A stretch of 38,099 nucleotides of DNA from an uncultured Gammaproteobacteria bacterium. Lineage in GTDB: Bacteria > Patescibacteriota > Microgenomatia > PFEM01 > JAPLYW01. Shown here piece by piece: positions 35,037-38,099 of the stretch. How positions within the stretch are numbered: the stretch's first letter is position 1; each line of letters opens with the position of its first letter. Made by a program: the position numbers and the translations under genes. The stretch lies in assembly GCA_964546445.1 (NCBI GenBank), contig CAZJJY010000002.1:1-38099 (forward strand), in the 5' to 3' direction. A model generated the notes under the pieces. It had not been told where the DNA came from. It made no database searches and saw nothing but the letters and a program-made list of their open reading frames with translations.

Positions 35037-35699
35037 TTACTTATTCCCTTCTTCTCCTTTATAAATCCAAACTTTAACGCCTATGTAACCTGATCTCGTT
35101 AGAGCGGGAACACTGGCAAAATCGATATCGGCTCTCAAAGTTTGTGTCGGAACATTTCCTGTTTTTCCTTTATCACCAAATTTTTCAGTTCGACTAATCT
35201 CGGCTCCATTAATTCTTCCGGCTAAAACAATTTTTATTCCCTTAGCTCCTGAAGCCATAACCGTTTCTATAGCTCGACTAACAGCTCGACGATGTGGAAA
35301 TCTTCTTTCCAACTGTTCAACAATTTTATTAGCAACTAAAAAAGCGACTAAATCAGGGCTTTTAATTTCAACTGCTTCAATTTCTAGATTTTTTTCTGGT
35401 TTATCAATAGAAACCATCTGGCAAAGTTCCCTTTTTAAAGTCTCTAAACCTGAACCACCACGTCCAATAACAACACCCGGACGACTAACATGTAAAATAA
35501 CTTTCATCTTGTTAATTGAACGTTCAATTATAACTTGAGAAATACCAGCTAATTTTAATTTTGCCATTAAAAACCTTCTGATTTTAACATCTTCAATTAA
35601 ATTATTTTGATATTGATTTTTATCAGCGGCAAACCAACGAGATTTCCAATCTTTTGTTTGCGGCAATCTAAAACTGAAAGGATTAACTTTTTGTCCCAT
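35037..35699 (-). CDS. rpsC: 30S ribosomal protein S3
   Basis: MGQKVNPFSFRL, with KH domain VVIGRGGSGLETLK, then GRINGAEISRTE. Confidence 0.95.
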   Translation of the reverse strand: MGQKVNPFSFRLPQTKDWKSRWFAADKNQYQNNLIEDVKIRRFLMAKLKLAGISQVIIERSINKMKVILHVSRPGVVIGRGGSGLETLKRELCQMVSIDKPEKNLEIEAVEIKSPDLVAFLVANKIVEQLERRFPHRRAVSRAIETVMASGAKGIKIVLAGRINGAEISRTEKFGDKGKTGNVPTQTLRADIDFASVPALTRSGYIGVKVWIYKGEEGNK

Positions 35700-36099
35700 T
35701 TTCCTCCTTTTTAGTTTCCTTTTTACCTCTTAATATTTTTTTCTTTGGTTTTTCTTCTTTCTTTCTTTCTTCGCCTTCAATAATCATTCTAATATGGCTT
35801 GTTCTTTTTAAAATAGGATGCCAATAACCTCGGGAAGCTGGTCTTCCTCTTTTGTAAGTTGGTCCTTTCCCAATTTCTAAACTTTTTAAAACTAAAGTCT
35901 CTTTAATCAAATCAAAGTTTTTAGTGGCGTTGGCCACTCCCTGCTTCAATACTAATAAAAGAGGTCCAGTCGCCCTTTTATTAACCCCAATTAAAATCTT
36001 TTCTGCTTCTTCCACTTTTAAACCACGAACAACATCAGCCACTAACCTAACTTTTCTAGGACTCATTCTGATATTTTTACTTTTAGCGATAACTTCCAT
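35683..36099 (-). CDS. rplV: 50S ribosomal protein L22, with a Lys/Glu-rich tail
   Basis: MEVIAKSKNIRMSPRKVRLVADVVRG. Start set at ATG 36099. The track ORF adds 26 residues that overlap S19. Confidence 0.9.
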   Translation of the reverse strand: MEVIAKSKNIRMSPRKVRLVADVVRGLKVEEAEKILIGVNKRATGPLLLVLKQGVANATKNFDLIKETLVLKSLEIGKGPTYKRGRPASRGYWHPILKRTSHIRMIIEGEERKKEEKPKKKILRGKKETKKEENGTKS

Positions 36100-36112
36100 T
36101 TTTATTTTCCTT

Positions 36113-36397
36113 TTAAGTTTTACTAATGATTCTTTTAACAATTTTACCGTGCCCTCTAAAAGTTCTTGTGAGGGCAAATTCTCCTAAACGATGACCAACC
36201 ATTTCTTCACCGACAAAAACATCAATAAAAATTTTCCCATTATGAACTTGGAAGGTATGATTAACAAATTCCGGTGGAATTTGACTAGATCTTGCCCAAG
36301 TTTTAATCGGCTCTTTTTTATTATCATCTTTTTGAGCCATAACTTTCTTTAATAATTTTTGGTCAATATAAGGACCTTTTTTTGATGATCTTGACAT
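36113..36397 (-). CDS. rpsS: 30S ribosomal protein S19
   Basis: [16 protein letters not shown]...V.VHNGK.F..V.V...[15 protein letters not shown]. Confidence 0.95.
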   Translation of the reverse strand: MSRSSKKGPYIDQKLLKKVMAQKDDNKKEPIKTWARSSQIPPEFVNHTFQVHNGKIFIDVFVGEEMVGHRLGEFALTRTFRGHGKIVKRIISKT

Positions 36398-36398
36398 C

Positions 36399-37145
36399 TT
36401 ATTTCTTTCTCCTTTTAATAATTAATTTATTAGAATATTTCTTTTTCTTTCTAGTTCTTTTACCTAAAGTCTTTTTACCCCAAGGTGATTTTGGAGAAGG
36501 CATCCCGATTCCTGATTTACCTTCACCCCCACCATGTGGATGTGAAGAAGGATTCTGAGCGACTCCTCGAACCGTAGGCCTAATCCCCATATGTCTTTTA
36601 ATCCCGGCGTTTTTAAAAACTCTGTTTTTCCAATCAACATTTCCGATTTGCCCAACAGTAGCATAACAGTTTAAACTAATTTTCCTTTGTTCGCCAGAAG
36701 GAAGTCTTAAAATAGCATTTTTCTCTTCTTTACTCATCAAAGTTGTTCCAGTTCCTGCTCCTCTGGCAATTTGTCCACCCTTACCTGGTCTTAACTCAAT
36801 ATTATGAATCACTGTTCCCAAGGGAATTTTATTTAAAGGTAGAGCATTACCTGGTTTAACTTCTACTTCTTCTCCAGATAATAGCTCTTGACCAACTTCC
36901 AAACCGACAGGAGAAATAATATAGCGCTTTTCTCCATCAGCATAAAAAAGTAGCGCAATATCTGCCGTTCTATTAGGATCATATTCAATTGACATGACTT
37001 TGGCCTTAATATCTTTTTTATCTCTTTTAAAATCAATTTCTCTTAGAAATCTCTTTTCTCGGCCACCTTGATGACGGGTGGTAATTTTACCGGTCGCATT
37101 TCTTCCTGATTTTTTTGGTAGTATTTTTATTAATTTTCTAGCCAT
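36399..37145 (-). CDS. rplB: 50S ribosomal protein L2
   Basis: [49 protein letters not shown]. Start set at ATG 37145. Confidence 0.95.
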   Translation of the reverse strand: MARKLIKILPKKSGRNATGKITTRHQGGREKRFLREIDFKRDKKDIKAKVMSIEYDPNRTADIALLFYADGEKRYIISPVGLEVGQELLSGEEVEVKPGNALPLNKIPLGTVIHNIELRPGKGGQIARGAGTGTTLMSKEEKNAILRLPSGEQRKISLNCYATVGQIGNVDWKNRVFKNAGIKRHMGIRPTVRGVAQNPSSHPHGGGEGKSGIGMPSPKSPWGKKTLGKRTRKKKKYSNKLIIKRRKK

Positions 37146-37146
37146 T

Positions 37147-37440
37147 TCATTTTTCTGTTTCAAATAAATCTATTTTATCGCCTTCTTTTAGTAAAACTAT
37201 TGCCTTTTTCCAATTAGAACCCTGTGTTTCTTTTCTCGTCTTTACAGCTCTATGTTTCTTTCCTTTAATCACCATTGTTCTCACCTTTAAAACGTTAACT
37301 TTAAAAAACTTTTCTATTGCCTTCTTAATTTCTTCTTTGGTTGACCTTCTATCAACTTCAAAAATATACTTTTGCTCCGCAGTTTGAGCGGTTGCTTTTT
37401 CAGTTATAACTGGTCTTTTTACGACGTCACTTAGTTTCAT
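37147..37440 (-). CDS. rplW: 50S ribosomal protein L23
   Basis: [11 protein letters not shown]......KYIFEVD..STK.EIK.AIEKFF.V.V..V.T...KGK. Canonical position. Confidence 0.9.
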   Translation of the reverse strand: MKLSDVVKRPVITEKATAQTAEQKYIFEVDRRSTKEEIKKAIEKFFKVNVLKVRTMVIKGKKHRAVKTRKETQGSNWKKAIVLLKEGDKIDLFETEK

Positions 37441-38075
37441 TTTTTCTTTAAATATTTATTTTTAATTTCTTCTATACTTTCTTGAGCAAATAAGATATTT
37501 TGAGCATTGAGAATCTGATAAGTACTTAATAAATCTGCCTGGTATAAATTTAAATTCTCAATATTTCTTGAAGCTCTTTTAGCTTCTTCAAAATCTTTGG
37601 GTAAAACCAAAATAACTTTTTGATTGTCTAACTTTAATTTTTTCAAAACTTCAGCCATATTCTTGGTTTTAGGTTCTAGTTTTTTAAAATCTTTAATAAC
37701 TAAAATCTTCTTTTCGGCTAATTTCTGACTTAAAGAAGAAAACAAAGCTTTTTTCTTTAAAGCTTTGCTTAATTTTAATTTAAAGTTCTCAATTCCTTTT
37801 GGCCCATGGGCTGTACCTCCCCCAACAAAGATATGAGCAGACTTTGCCCCATGTCTAGCTTTTCCACTCCCTTTTTGTCTGCCCCATTTTGATTTTGTTA
37901 GATTAATTTCAGATCTAGTCTTAGATTTAGCCTTAGCTTTTCGCTGATTACTTAAATAAACCTTTACCGCCTGTGACATTAAAGCCTCATTTACATCTAC
38001 TTTAAAAATTTCATCAGGTAAACTTAATTTTCCTGATTTAGTCCCCTTAATGGTGTAAAGATCAACTTGAGTCAT
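37437..38075 (-). CDS. rplD: 50S ribosomal protein L4
   Basis: QRKAKAKSKTRSEI..........RQKGSGKARHGA...HIFVGGGTAHGPK. SD GGAGG lies upstream. Confidence 0.95.
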   Translation of the reverse strand: MTQVDLYTIKGTKSGKLSLPDEIFKVDVNEALMSQAVKVYLSNQRKAKAKSKTRSEINLTKSKWGRQKGSGKARHGAKSAHIFVGGGTAHGPKGIENFKLKLSKALKKKALFSSLSQKLAEKKILVIKDFKKLEPKTKNMAEVLKKLKLDNQKVILVLPKDFEEAKRASRNIENLNLYQADLLSTYQILNAQNILFAQESIEEIKNKYLKKK

Positions 38076-38099
38076 ATTATTCCTTCTTTTCCTCCTCTT
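38072..38099 (-). CDS. rplC: 3' end of an upstream gene, probably 50S ribosomal protein L3 (partial, runs off the window)
   Basis: A frame open to the window edge reads ...RGGKEGII-TGA, and the TGA overlaps the rplD ATG (ATGA). Identity is inferred only from S10-operon synteny; 8 codons are visible. Confidence 0.3.

Noticed and set aside
4216-36664. Antisense or overlapping ORFs in the track: 4216-4494, 5487-5780, 6726-7040, 7254-7454, 8350-8577, 9045-9341, 9092-9292, 11444-11653, 13642-13893, 13817-14098, 14570-14764, 20586-20822, 24735-25049, 25385-25606, 28555-28806, 29444-29665, 29871-30179, 31655-31855, 32738-32938, 33300-33569, 35924-36187 and 36464-36664.
   Set aside because: Each lies inside a longer ORF, mostly on the opposite strand, that has clear family motifs. 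The translations are low-complexity (Phe/Ile/Leu/Ser/Lys-rich), as expected for shadow frames in AT-rich coding DNA.

Overview
Low-GC, very gene-dense chromosomal segment, mostly minus strand, with many 1-4 nt start/stop overlaps. It looks like a Candidate Phyla Radiation (Patescibacteria)-type bacterium; this is an inference from gene content and cannot be confirmed without a database. The right part (23.9-38.1 kb) is the conserved ribosomal-protein superoperon: L4-L23-L2-S19-L22-S3-L16-L29-S17-L14-L24-L5-S14-S8-L6-L18-S5-L15-secY-adk-map-infA-L36-S13-S11-S4-rpoA-L17-L13-S9. S5 directly abuts L15, so there is no L30. It is followed by recA-recX-rny-hup. The left part is housekeeping: aspS, recJ, cca, secDF, uppP, RNase P RNA, an AI-2E-family transporter, miaA, rubrerythrin, a desulforedoxin-domain protein, a PurF-like protein and a MiaB-like protein. 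The only clearly accessory stretch is about 17.5-20.5 kb. It holds a 1671-bp unit bounded by 119-bp imperfect direct repeats that duplicate the 5' end and upstream leader of the MiaB-like gene. Inside are a tyrosine-recombinase N-terminal remnant and a tightly coupled three-gene cassette: a Gp49/HigB-like toxin, an XRE-HTH antitoxin with a C-terminal tail, and an uncharacterised 160-aa protein. A frameshifted TPR-like gene and a 536-bp ORF-poor, structured spacer follow. The three-gene cassette is my best candidate for an undescribed tripartite TA-like or defence-like system. All family assignments come from motif recognition by eye and need HMM or structure searches.
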